The notes beneath the pieces are model-generated. The model did no database searches and was not told where the DNA came from. It saw only the letters and a list, made by a program, of their open reading frames with translations. From Heptranchias perlo (Eukaryota): 64,000 bases of DNA. The position numbers and the translations under genes are program-made. The stretch is taken from contig NC_090341.1 of NCBI RefSeq assembly GCF_035084215.1, positions 24,986,001 to 25,050,000 of the forward strand, written 5' to 3'. Of the stretch, positions 49,690 to 62,450 are shown piece after piece (position 1 is the first letter of the stretch; each line of letters opens with the position of its first letter).

Positions 49690-50100
49690 AGCCTTGGTTC
49701 ACTACTGTTGTCACTGAGACAGAAGGTCATGGCTTCAAGCCCCACTCCAAAAACAAGCACATAATCTAGGCTAACAATAGTGCTGTGCTGAGAGAGTTCT
49801 GCACTGTCAGAAATGCTGCCTTTCAGATGAGACATTACGCAGAGACTCCATCCCCTTCTCAGGTGGACAAAGAGAACTCTCCTGCTCTTCTTCTTAGTGC
49901 CAGTGGCACTAAGAAGAAGAGCAGGAGAGTTCTCTTTGTGATCTGGCCAACATTTACCCCTCAACAAACACCACCAAAATGGACTATCTTTTATTTATCT
50001 CTTGTTATTTGTGGGGCCTTGCTGCATATAAATTGGCTGTCGCATTTCCCTACATTACCTGTGGTCATAAAAGGTGCTATATAAATATAAGTTCTTTCTT
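49690..50100 (+). mobile_element. Deu-domain SINE with an internal fold-back
   Basis: Same family as 4690-5130. Confidence 0.85.
49867..49939. repeat. Perfect palindrome with 36-bp arms and a 1-nt spacer
   Basis: acaaagagaactctcctgctcttcttcttagtgcca-g-tggcactaagaagaagagcaggagagttctctttgt, checked base by base. Confidence 0.97.
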
Positions 50101-50361
50101 TCATGTGAGTTTTTGTTACTGATGCTGCTGTAATTTTTTTAAAAGGAACTAAATCTACGCAGTGAATGTGATGTGGGTAAATTCATCAACCCCTTGCTCC
50201 CAGAGGGGAACTGAGCTTGAAGGGAACTTGGGTTCGAGAATTAGCTTTGCAGTGTTTTGCGCACTGGAAGTCTGGGGCCAGTGAACTTACCTGAAAGTTT
50301 CCTATTTCACTTCTAACCACTAGATATCGGCACCATTATTTTCTATAATAATACATCTAGA

Positions 50362-50515
50362 CGGTGAACTCCCACAGGAATTCTCCAGCTCATCTGTTGT
50401 AACTTAGGCGGAAGAGCCTTGGAAACTCCAGAAAAACGTTTTTCCGGATTTTCCGTGGTTCTTTCACCAAAGTTACGATGAACATGTAGGAGAATCCCTG
50501 CAGAAATTAACCCCT
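50362..50515. mobile_element. Hairpin MITE
   Basis: Self-complementary: attctcc..tgtaactt..ggaaactccagaaaaac/gtttttccggattttcc..aagttac..ggagaat. Confidence 0.65.
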
Positions 50516-53500
50516 CCCCCACCCCCTCAAAAAAAATACTACATTTATCCTATCATCTTCCAAACTTTTTTTGGATCTCCTATGTACTTCTCGACTTGTC
50601 TAGTAATTTTTCATCATCTTGCAATTGTGGGTGGCTAAAAATGAGTCAATCTTCAAGGTCTGCCAGGACTGTAATGTTTTTATGATTACAGCCACAGAGA
50701 TGTAACTGAGTGGTGAAATACTAAGCATTAGTTAGTGAACTGTCCCATATTCGTGCAGCTTTTTTCTTGCCAGGTTCAACCCTTCAGGATTAAGAATGAG
50801 GCCAACTCAAATATGAGCTCCCCTCCCAAAAAGATCTCCAACAGAAGTTTCCCAAACAATAAATACAATGTAACTTGGAGGGAGTCGTCTCACTGCAAAG
50901 TACCTCCGGAGTCCGGTCTCACCATTGTTTGAACAGTCTGTCAACTTTAGAATATTGTACTGTGAATAAAATTGCAGCCCCACAAAGTTTAAACATTCCC
51001 TCAACGGCAAGTATCAAGAACCAGCATAATCTGATAGTAATCCCTTTTATTTTTAATCGACCCAGAAAAGGATGGTTCATTAAGGTCCTTTTCAACTCTA
51101 CCAATCTTTTTTTTTGAATCCCACAAATAAACCCATTCAAAAGAAAGGATAGTTTTGAAATTCTGCAGTAACTTTGGATGTGAAATGTGCTGTACTGTTA
51201 CAAATACCCCTGCAGATCACTGAAAAATTACATTAAAATATTAATGAAATATATGTTATTATCTTCTGGACCTCCTTGGTTATGTATTTAAGACAAAATA
51301 ATTTACATATCAATCCTAAATTACTTCACACATCTGTTTCTGGTTTCTACTTTTGCCAGAAAATGTTTCTTTGCCATCCAGCTAAAGAAGGACGTTCCAT
51401 TACCTTGAAATGTTTGGAACCAATTGTTATGTGATTCATAGATCCTAATCCTATAGATCCTTTCTAGTCAGTTGTTTGCCCCTTATTAAAGTAGAGCTTG
51501 TTATAAATTGAATTGTACTGATTCTTTTGAACTGGTTCGATAATTTATGTGAATTAATATGATTTGGCGGTTAGGTTATTATTAAATAAAAGTTATTCAT
51601 TTTCAATCTACCCTACCACTAATATCAGATTTCACTGTAAGGAAGTGGGTGTGAATCCTCATGAGGTCTCTAAGGCTGCCAACACTTAATATATTTTTGT
51701 GAATGGAAGATTTTATTCCTTTAAACAATGTTTATGATTTTAAAGAAACAAATATATTCACAAGAATTACAATGAATTACAATGCATACAGCTCTAATCA
51801 CATGTCTAAACATGTAGGCTGCCTCAATTATCAGCTATACCAATCACTGTTATGCAAGCAGGAGGAGAATTGTCATACAGATGATGAAGAAGTATAATTC
51901 ATGGATGTCATGATCATCAGTATAATAGTTGCCAGATTGTTATATGCTGATTGGATCTCCCATTAATTTGTCATGTTACTTTGCATGGATAGCCAATTTC
52001 TAAGGATCAGTTTTCATCAACACACTATGAATATACCTTCTATTCTAATAATTAACCTACCCATGGGAGAGACTTGTTTGTACATTTTAAAAGTTTCCCC
52101 AACTTTCAAAAAAATATTTCTGAGTAGAAACCATCTGGCACTTTGGAAGACAAGTTATTTTTAACCTGTATTAGGGATATATAAATGAAATGAACAGGAA
52201 TAAACATTCCTATTCTTTTCTCAATATTTCATGACTGCCTCCATACTGTCAGATTGTCTGTCCAACATCCAGTCCTCAATGCATCACAGCTTCATTCCGT
52301 TCAACATCAGGAAGACCAAAGCTATCATCTTCAGCCCCACCACAAACTGCACTGAAAATCTACAATCCATAACTCTGGGTCATGGTCTTACCCTAAAGTT
52401 TCCATTTGGCATTATTGAAGCAGAGCCTCCACCTGCCCCCAAACAAAGCCATGTATGTAGAAGGGGACTCCTAACGCCATAAGGGTTTGAGTGGTGGAGA
52501 GACAGGCAATATTGTGGAGGTGGAAAGAAGCGGTTTTGGTGATGGATCAGGGGCCGAAAATCTCTGGTGGTTGCATTTCACCATAAGGACCAGGATCTCT
52601 TATAAAGGGGGCCAATGTGGGTACTTCGGTTTTGTTTCTAGGGGGGGGCTAGCATTCCCTACCCAGTCTCAGCAGAGGATGGCCTATTGTACGGCCTGTG
52701 AGGGCAATCAAGCACCCAGGATGCGCCCTCAATGGTGTAGGCATCCACCATTTGCATGCAAATCAAGGGACCTCCTCCTTCCCCCATGAACTTTGACAGG
52801 ATCAGTGCTGGAAGTCCCAGGAGGTGGGATGCAGCCACTGTGGATTTTGGGCATTGGGAATCAGGAGGCACATGACGGTCTCCTGAGTACGCTTGAGAAA
52901 AGTTGGCTGCGTGGTGATTCCTGGGTGTTCTTTTGCCCACGAGGCTCATGACAATTGTAGTCCTGGGGCTGGGCTCATTACTTCCAGTAATCTGTGAGAA
53001 AGCAGATTGCAGAAGATGGCCGTTCGATCCACCGTTATCTACCCTAGAGAACCGCAATTCAACTTGGTATAGATCACTTTGCCCTACTTCCAGAGACAAG
53101 TGAGAATTTTATTACATGCAACCTACAAAATTTGTGTAATGTAATTTCATGAGAAAAATAAGTCCCTATTTTATCTTTTGTAATACGCTGGCTCATCCCA
53201 TTTTGCTTATGTCTTTCAATATCTTGTTATTTAAGTTGTTAAAGAATGCCTTTTCTTGTTATACACATTTGCAAGTATAAATATTCATCTACTTTGGGGA
53301 ATTGTTCAAATGGGGAAATAAAGCATGCCAGTGCCCTTTTCGAAAGATTCTGTTAGCATTCAGTGTGCTCTATTTGCCATTTGTTACTTCTGCGTCCATA
53401 TGCTGCAAGCAAAATAGGATTAAGAGATGAAATTAGAATGTGTGTGATAAAGATATACCAAAATATTGGCAACTTTATAAAGTGTTTTGTCAGATCACTG

Positions 53501-55065
53501 TTACATTTGCACATGTGCCAGGAATTATCACTTGTTCCATGGGAATGGGTCATGATTTTTGACTGTATTTGATGAATTGATGAAGCATAGTCAAGCGATT
53601 GGAAGAAAGGAGATGGTAATCAAGGGTGTGCACCACCAGATGGAACAAGAACTGTCAGTTATGGCAAGGCAATGCCAATGGGATACAAGCCAGCAGTCAA
53701 TGAGGGCAATTATAGGGGATTTGGAACAAGATACAGCAGTCTTGTCTCATTAGTATCATCTGTGCTTTGTAATTTTGTAATGTAAATCTGTAATTTTTAA
53801 AGTTGGGATACAGTGATGAGTGTGGAAACTTTAAAACTGGTAGAATAATAGCACAATCACAGTAATATGTCACGAAATTGTTTAAAAAAAACTATATCTA
53901 ATCCCGCTCAAGGCTGAAGTCAAAAAGATACATACAAACTTTACGGAACTTAGAAAGTGGAGTAAATTGAATAAATGTCCTTTCATGTACCAGCACTATT
54001 CCTCTGGGCCCAAGACATAAAAAATTGTGATTTCTGTGCCAGAAAGCAGTGCAAATGGCACTTAAAATACATTTCATATATGATGCTGGCACAACTCCCA
54101 AGCAGGTGGTTAAAATACCAGTTTATGCCATAAGCACAATCTTCGTGCAATCACTGCCAAGATTGAGCCTTTGTGCAAAAAATTATAAAATTGCTCCAAT
54201 CATTGCTGTTATTGTTGGGACACAGAACATTTAGTAGACAAGTTAATTTGTACTGAGTTCTCTGGTCCAGAACACTGATTTCACAAAATTATCCTACAGG
54301 CAGAATACAAAAGATGTAACTGATTCAGTATGGTGCTTTGTGATATGGTTTATAACTGAAATCACAAAAGGTTCCAGGTTCTTTAACAGGTTCCTTTTAG
54401 CCTTTGAAATCTATTGTGGTCTTTTCAACAGAGGTGTAAATATGTTTACAATTATTTATCCTATTCAGGCAACTGTATTAAAACAGAACATTTATACAAG
54501 GGAAAATTCTACAAAGCCTTTAATAGTCATAAGTCAGAGTATTCCTGAGATCCCTGAATTAAAAGTGAAAGAAGTGAAAGACAACATCTGTGGTGTTTCC
54601 CCATTTAACTTTTCAACAATTGTAATTTCTGGAAAAATACTTGACAAGTAATTTTTCTATGAAACTAATGACATGAAGATTAGAACTATCAAGGTTATTT
54701 TTAAACTAAATCTGGTATCAAAAAGAACCACCTGGCTTGAATTTGGGAGGGGTGGAAATCTGATCGGCTGTAGATCTTCAATATAAAACACGTGAACTTT
54801 TATTAGTTACAGAGACTCCCTGCAATTGCTCTAAAATACCACATGGTGGCGTGAGGAATGCATTGTCCGAAAATTGACATTTACTACATTTTCAGCTTTT
54901 TTTTAACTCTTACTATCATCAATACGATTTCACACATAGAATGTTACTGCAGTACATAATATTAAGTTGGTTTTGACATGCTAAAACTATAGTTATCTCT
55001 CAGTTTTTGGTAATTTTTATTCACTGGTGGTAATTACAGATTTAAGTCAGGTTATCGAACACAAT

Positions 55066-55816
55066 GGGCCAAATTTTGCTGTAGCAGAAAATCTAATGCT
55101 GTCTGCTGTTAGTTAGATTTGCCCTTGCACATTTAGGATTTTAAATTGTTTTTGTGGCAAGTTGCTGAAAGTGCGAACTGATAACGTCGCAGCGAGGGAA
55201 ACAGCCATCGGGGACCTGAGTGAACCAGGCAATCAACCGTGTATCCCCTTAACCAATCAGATTGGAGGATTGTGAAATTAACAGCGCGAGGACTGAGAAG
55301 GAAATGTAATTTACAGTGGGTGAATTTAATGTCAAATCAGGTACAGAAAGAGAAATAAAGAGAGGGAAAGAAAGATTGGATTAAGGGAGAGAAAAAAGAG
55401 AGAGAAAGGAAAGGTTAGAAAAAATTTAAAATTTGACATTTTTAAAATCTCCAACAATTAAAACCTGAAGGAATGAGACGCCACACTTGTAATAGTTAAT
55501 TTTCAGTGCCAGAGAGGTTGTTTGGCAGTAATTAACACTTATCACGTCATTAAAAGGGTATTTAGACTGAAATGGACAAGACTTAACTTCCTGTGGCAAG
55601 TTTAGTTCGTATCTACCGCACAAATACATCAGCTTCGTGCAATTCAATGGCGAGCCAGACAGCGAGATGCTGGGGTGACGCAACTCAAATAGCAATTTTT
55701 GGATTTTTGAGTTTATCCGCGCGTCTGTCCCTCGCCTGAAGTTGCTGTACCATTTGCGCATAAATAATGGCGAGTGTCATTAGATTCACCGTTATTTTGA
55801 CAGAAAAATCTGGGCC
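55066..55816. mobile_element. MITE family copy 2 (see 34704)
   Basis: TIRs gggccaaatttt / aaaatctgggcc. Confidence 0.8.
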
Positions 55817-55895
55817 ATTGGAGTTTAACAGATATAATTTGCATTTCACAAAATTAATCATGGCTAATACTATGGTTGCTGCATATTTCTTTTAG

Positions 55896-56007
55896 CACAG
55901 AGACCTAAGCAAGTTCTCCAGCCATGTGACACTGAATATCCAGCCTTTGTGTCTGAACGAACTATAAAAGAAACTACAGGAGCAATCAACTGTGAAGGCT
56001 GCCACAA
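55896..56007 (+). CDS. CACNA2D3: CACNA2D3 exon (~35), 112 nt: (A)QRPKQVLQPCDTEYPAFVSERTIKETTGAINCEGCH(K), start of the delta portion
   Basis: Flanked by cttttag and gtaagg. PCDTEYPAFVSERTIKETTG distinguishes alpha2delta-3 from alpha2delta-4. Confidence 0.97.
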
Positions 56008-56055
56008 GTAAGGCATTTCCCATTTCTTTTATCCCGTGTTTGCACATGCACATAA

Positions 56056-56718
56056 GCCCCGATATTTACGGGGAGGCAGGAAGGGAATGGGGGGACTCGC
56101 AGCTGCCGGGAAACCTGGAAATGTGGGTTTCCCTGGAGGTCCTGCCAAATTTAGCGAATTTTTTCTCCGTTTCCTGGCCGGCAGCCAGCCAAATTGAGAG
56201 GGTGGTCAGCTGTCGGGCAGGAAGGCCTGCACTGAAAGGCCGTAGTCGGGGACTGGAGAGGAGGGAGGGAGGGAGAGATCACAGGTCGGAGGGGGTTGAA
56301 GAGATCACGGGTCGGGGGGGCTGAAGAGATCGCAGGGAGGAAAGCCGATCGCAGTGGGTTAGCTTGGTGGACCAGGGGGAAGCACTCCTGCTCCTCCCGG
56401 CCCACAGACAGTGCTGGAAAGGCACTTACCTGCTGGATCGGCCGTTCTCACCTCCCTTCAGCTGCTGAGTTTCCCAAGCCCTGAGAAACCCGGCCCTCAG
56501 ATGTAAAAGTCTGTTAAAATTTGAGGCACGCAGTCTCATTAACATGTTTAAATAACTGACCCGCCTCTAGAGAGCAGGTTAGTCACTCGCCCCTCAACCC
56601 TCAACCCATCTCCATTAAAACCGGAAATGGGAGCATTTATGGCAGGTTGGGGTCAGGTTTTTACATTTTTTAAATTTTGACCTACTCTCTCGCCCGTTGT
56701 GGGGGTTAAAATTTCCCC
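56056..56718 (+). mobile_element. Harbinger-like MITE (same family as 40225)
   Basis: gccccgatatttacggggaggc ... ggggttaaaatttcccc. Confidence 0.8.
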
Positions 56719-59700
56719 ATTGGCTCAGTTTATGTAATTCATCAATAAGCTCTCCTAATGATATTCTTGAAAAGTAAAACAAATGTACTGAAATAAGAGA
56801 ATAATCATACATAGCTGTTCCTGGATGAATATTTCAAATTTTCACCCTGGAATTCCAAACTGTTCAAACACTTAACTCTATATTATTATTACATATTTAT
56901 GGGTACTGCAAATCCCCACAATACTTCCTTCAGTTCCAAGATAGGGCACTCTGGACCATGGATGTCTCCATGTTCCATTCAAAGTCGCCATATGTTCGGT
57001 CAACAGGAGGTGCTCTGAAGTTGAAATGAGCATGAAGCTTGAGTTCTGCTGTTTTCCTTCCTCTTTTGAGATAGAATGCCTCCATATCACCTAATCAAAG
57101 TAAGCAAGTTACAGTGAAGTGCAGCCAGAGATTCAAGCTAAAAGCTTATGGTTAGCAGTCACCCGCACAGTCACTTGAACAAGTGGGGTTATCTCAGGCT
57201 TTTTGTGATAAAACATTTGTTTCGTACATTGTATAATCAACAAAGACCCATAGTTTTGTCAGTAAATGCCTTTGTTTAAAAACTGAAAAACTTGTGTTTA
57301 TGCTGTTACTGAACAAGTCAAGTTATTTAATTGCCATGATTAACAGGAAGAATTCTAAATATTGTTTTTGCAGCAGTAAGGTACTTTATTGTCTATCATT
57401 TTGTTAAATCTAATGTAACACAAACAGATTGACAAATCATTCTTTGCACTTAGCCTCACAGATAAGCAGCAACTCTTTAGTTCAAGTGATACAACTGGTG
57501 ATTTAAGGTTTAAAACATAGTACCTGATTTCAAAGGATTTAAAATTAAATTCTAATTTCTTCAATACTGCTTTTGGTTAAAATAGTCAATGAAAGAAAAC
57601 AAGAGAGCGATTACTTTAGAACTGGTTCTTTTATCATCCCTAATTTAATGTTGCTATTTTAAAGAAATATTAAATAGATTTGGGTATAGTTTCCATATTT
57701 GTATTAAAAATATGTCTAATAATGCTGCTGCAATACTATGTCATATCTGGGTTAACAGCATAAAAAGTACACGGGAAGAGTTCCTTCATTACTGAGTGTA
57801 GGATTAAATGAAAAGCTATGGCAACAGGTGAGGCTGCTATAAGCTGTTCCTTTTCTTTTTCAGTTAAAAATAAACAAGATAATATTAAAAGTCACAGAGT
57901 AAAGGTGTTTTTGTTCCACTGCTAAAATAAGTACTGGACCAATTTGATTATTTACATCTCAGAGTTTTTCACAGAGCTCATATGATTAGCAACAACTCCT
58001 GATGTGCACAGGAAACAGCAATGATTACTAACTATTTACGTGTTTTATGAGATGAAAGACCAAGAAATTACACTATTATGAAAAAAATTATAACTTCACA
58101 TAAGGGGAAGGGTGGAAGTCAATAGAAACAGAGGTATTACCATAAAGGAAATTATATATAAACATTTTCCATCATGAAATACATTTGTTTCTGTCCTTAG
58201 ACAGTGTTAATCTTAACACAAAAACATTGTTATGTGGCAAGTAGCATGTAGAATTACATCAACGGAAGGTTAAGTACCTTCTGCCATTAAGTACAATGGA
58301 AAGGAAAGTCGGGCTTGTGTATAACAGATGCCTGATCCACTATCGCCAGTTTTCCGCCCAGCAGTGAAAGTTAAAATCTACCCCACAGTATTGGTAAATA
58401 TCTGCTACCAGTAGGAGGAGCTTTAACGCTATTGGTTTTACTTGTTAGGACACTTAATTATGAGGTTTATTAAATTGCTTAGCTTGTCACATTAATAGGA
58501 AATGATTATGAGCATGAGAGTGTATCAATTGTACAACTAGATATACAATGCTAAATGACAATAAACCAACTTTAATCAACAAAAGACAAAAGGTATTTTT
58601 GTGTGCATTAGTCGGTACCGTTTATAAATGTCAAATAATTACAGGAGTAAAAATGTAAAAAAACTAGGTCGATTGACTTAGTACAGCTGTTGTGGAATAC
58701 CGAGGGAATCTGGAATTTTGTCTGTTATACACTTGTTTCCATTTGCAACGTAACATTCATAGAAATATATGGAGTGAGAAACAATACTTTATAGAACAAA
58801 ATCAATAATAAGCTACTGAACTTTGACAACTGCTGTGGTAGAAATTCACAATGTAAAAATGGTCACTACGGTATTATGTAAAAGACAGCATATTATTATG
58901 CATTTGGTGATTTTTATGAAACATTTTATAATCAACTTACACTAAATTAATGATTCCGAAAACTAAAATACTTTAGTTTGATGGACTAACTGCTCCAGCC
59001 TAATCAAGAATAAAACAGAACCTTTTCCAGTTATTTCCAAATCAGTTTTTACAGATCACTTCATTTTAAGTTTCTTCATTTTTGATTGACCATTTACCTT
59101 CAAGAATAAGAAAACATTTCCTAGGAAATATTTGACATACAACTTACCACCCATGTTTAAAATTACACATGGAGACTTAGAAAACTAAAACTGAAGCCTG
59201 TTCATGGTTTCTTTTTCTATAAAGATATGCAACAGTTCCACAAAGGCCAACTAACTGGCTATTCAAGATGGGACAGCTCAGTTTTCAACATAGGTCAAAA
59301 TGGTATGGACAGCAATTCTGTTCTGTACTAAGCCACACTAAGTAGATGTATCTCCCACAACTAGTTTAATGTAAATGTGATGCCCTTAGACAGCCCTTCA
59401 ATTGTTTTTGCCCCACCCCAGTTTTGACATTTGCTGTCCTAGGTCTTCACGCACTGTACACCTTTGCCTAGCTAATAGCAGGTAGGAAAACCTGCTTTCA
59501 GGCCTTTGCCAGTGTCACAGAGCTCATGTTCTGATTTTCTTTCCAGTGCGAAGTGTTTTGTTTCTGCTTGGCATTTCCCCCCCTAGCAGCCCAGTGGCAT
59601 GGAGAATTGCAAGCCTGGACCCAGATCTTACCACTCTGGTACAGTTACTGGTGCATGAACATGTCCAGCTGGGCTGCCAAAAGTAAGTGTTCTCAATAAG

Positions 59701-61684
59701 TATATTGTCCAGCTACATGTAAGGCCAAGCTTATTAGAAGCATGCCCTTTTGTCAGTCTTTAGATAAGAAAAGTAAGAGTGGTAATGTCCTGGGCAAGAT
59801 ATCTCTTGATTTGTGTATAACACAGTCATTGCAAACAGTAGATTCAATAAAGTATCACACTATATAGGTAAAATATAGTAGTATATTATGTGAAATTTAA
59901 TTCATAAAATACATTGAATTTCTACCCTGTCCATTGTAATGCCTATGATGTTGGTTTGTCTCTACTTTTTAACATTGATTGTATTTAGCCAACAACTACA
60001 GTTTCCAGATGGTGCATTCTAGCACATGTAGGCCTATCTGCATGGATTTATTTTCAAAAATTGTTATGAAATACAAAGAAACATGCAAATCTTGCATGCA
60101 TCTTGTATATTTTAACATCTCTAAAGAATATTAAGATCAATAATCCCACTGTATCTACTACTGTTCAAAGTGATTTCTATAATCGTGTGGTTGACTGCAT
60201 ATGTAAAAACATTTTATGAATGGGATCAATTACAGATCTTCGGATTGAAAAATTCTGACAGTACGTCAGAAATTAAATCACACAGAATATATGGATAAAT
60301 GTTCATCCTAAGGCTGTGTAATGTACTGTTTAGCTGTGTCTTGATTAAAATTGACCCTTATATTCTCACCTGAATTTTTCTGATTTGACAACTGGATACA
60401 AGAAGTACAGCTAGTGCAAGGTCATTAGTTCTGTGAATTAATCTTAAAACCTGCCATAGATTCTAAATCATTTGTGTCTTTCACACAATAGAAGGAGAAA
60501 ATATGTGAATGGGTGGAACTTAAAATAAGCTCCTGCAATTATGATATCTGTGGGTGTTTGACTAAGTTCATGAAAAATGGCTCAGATGCCAAGCACAGAC
60601 AGACTTGTAAGGATATTGGCCAAAGCTGAATCCTCCCTTTTCAAAACCCCCACAAAATACAGTGACTGGGTGGAGAGGTTACAGTTCATTATGCAATTAA
60701 TCATAATACAAGATTCGATGTATCATAGATCAGCAGGAAGAGACAGTTATGAGGAAAGATTAATTCCACAATGTATTTATGAATTGGTGTGATGAATTAT
60801 ATGACTTAGAATGTCCTCTCTGCAGATGACCTTGAGAGATTTTCAATAACCGAACATTCCCAGTGGGTAATGGGATTACTTTGACATAGCGGTAGCAGAC
60901 TTTGTACTGGCTGACTCAACATGGAGTAAACCAATGGCAAAGCATGCTGAAATGGATCTGATAGCAGCATAATTTTGTCAAGGTTTGATCCTTTTTTTAG
61001 TGGAAAGATGACCTTATTCAATTATTAATTGTATAAACAGAGACATTACTCTTGGTGATTTTAGCAGATGAACTCTTAGTGTATTCACATGACATTCCCC
61101 TGTATTCTATTTTAACACAGTTGTTAACCCATTTATTTTAAAGGCTGTGCCATTCATTAAAAAGATCACTTTTTCATTCTGTCATTTATTGAGGGGTAGC
61201 TGCAGAATGCCTTTCTATAATGATTAAGCCAATGACAATTTCTGCCAGAAATAATCATAGCTACGATTATGAATAGATCAATTTATCATAAATTATTATT
61301 TCAGAATAAAGAAGTGATTACAAGATAGCAATCTGAGGAATTCAGATGATGTCACAAGAATAGCAGTCACCTGTACCCTGAAATCATAATCTAGACATCA
61401 CATTCTGATTTTTGCAATTACTTTTATATGCACTGTTTCAATTTTACATGGTGATTCATAGATATATGGAATTACATGGAAGTTACAACACAGAAACAGA
61501 CCATTCGGGTCAACCAGTCCATGTTGGCATTTTTTCTCCAACGAGCAATTTATTGTGTTTGGTCAGTTTCTGTGTTGACAGCAGCTGGCAGTGTGGTTTG
61601 AAACATTATAGGGCTGATTTTAACTTTTGGCGGTGGTGGAAAACGAACTTCAATGGAAAGGAAAATTGTGCAGGCTGTATAATT

Positions 61685-62450
61685 ACATAGAATTACAGAG
61701 TCTACAGCACAGAAACAGGTCATTCAGCCCAATGGTGTCAATGATCCACATGAGCCTCCTTCCACCCCTCTCCTCATCTAACCCTATCAGTATATCCTTC
61801 TAGTCGCCTTGACCACTCCTTGTGGTAGCGAGTTCCATATTCTGACCACTCACTGGGTAAAGAAGTTCTTCCTGAATTCCCTATTAGATTTATTTGTGAC
61901 TATCTTATATTTATGGCTCCTAGTTTTCGATTCCCCCACAAATGGAAACATTTTCTCTACATCTACCCTATCAAACCCTTTCATAATCTTAAAGACCTCC
62001 ATCAGGTCATCCCTCAGTCTTCTCTTTTCTATAGAAAAGATCCCCAGCCTGTTCAGTCTTTCCTGAAAGGTATAACCTCTCAGCTCTGGTATCATCCTTG
62101 TAAATCTTTTTTGCACCTTCTCCAGTGCCTCTATATCTTTTTTTAATAATATGGAGACCAGAACTGTGCACAGTACTCCAAGTGTGGTCTAACTAAGGTC
62201 CTATATAAATTTAACATAACTTCTCTGCTTTTCAATTCTATCCCTCTAGAATTGAACCCCAGTGCTTTGTTTTTTTATGGCCCTATTAACCTGTGTTGCT
62301 ACTTTTAATGATTTGAGTATCTGTACCCCCAGATCCCTTTGCTCCCCTACCCCATTTAGACTTTTATTTTCCAAGGAGTATGTGGCCTCCTTATTCTTCC
62401 TACCAAAATGTACCACCTCAAACTTGTCAATATTGAAATTAATTTGCCAA
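61685..62450 (-). mobile_element. CR1 LINE 3' fragment
   Basis: WQINFNIDK.EVVHFG, RRLRDDLMEVFKIMKG, FRKNFFTQ. Confidence 0.92.

Noticed and set aside
11464-56007. Assignment to CACNA2D4
   Set aside because: The peptides (CASLDGKC, AVMNKLL, PAFVSERTIKETTG) match alpha2delta-3 better.
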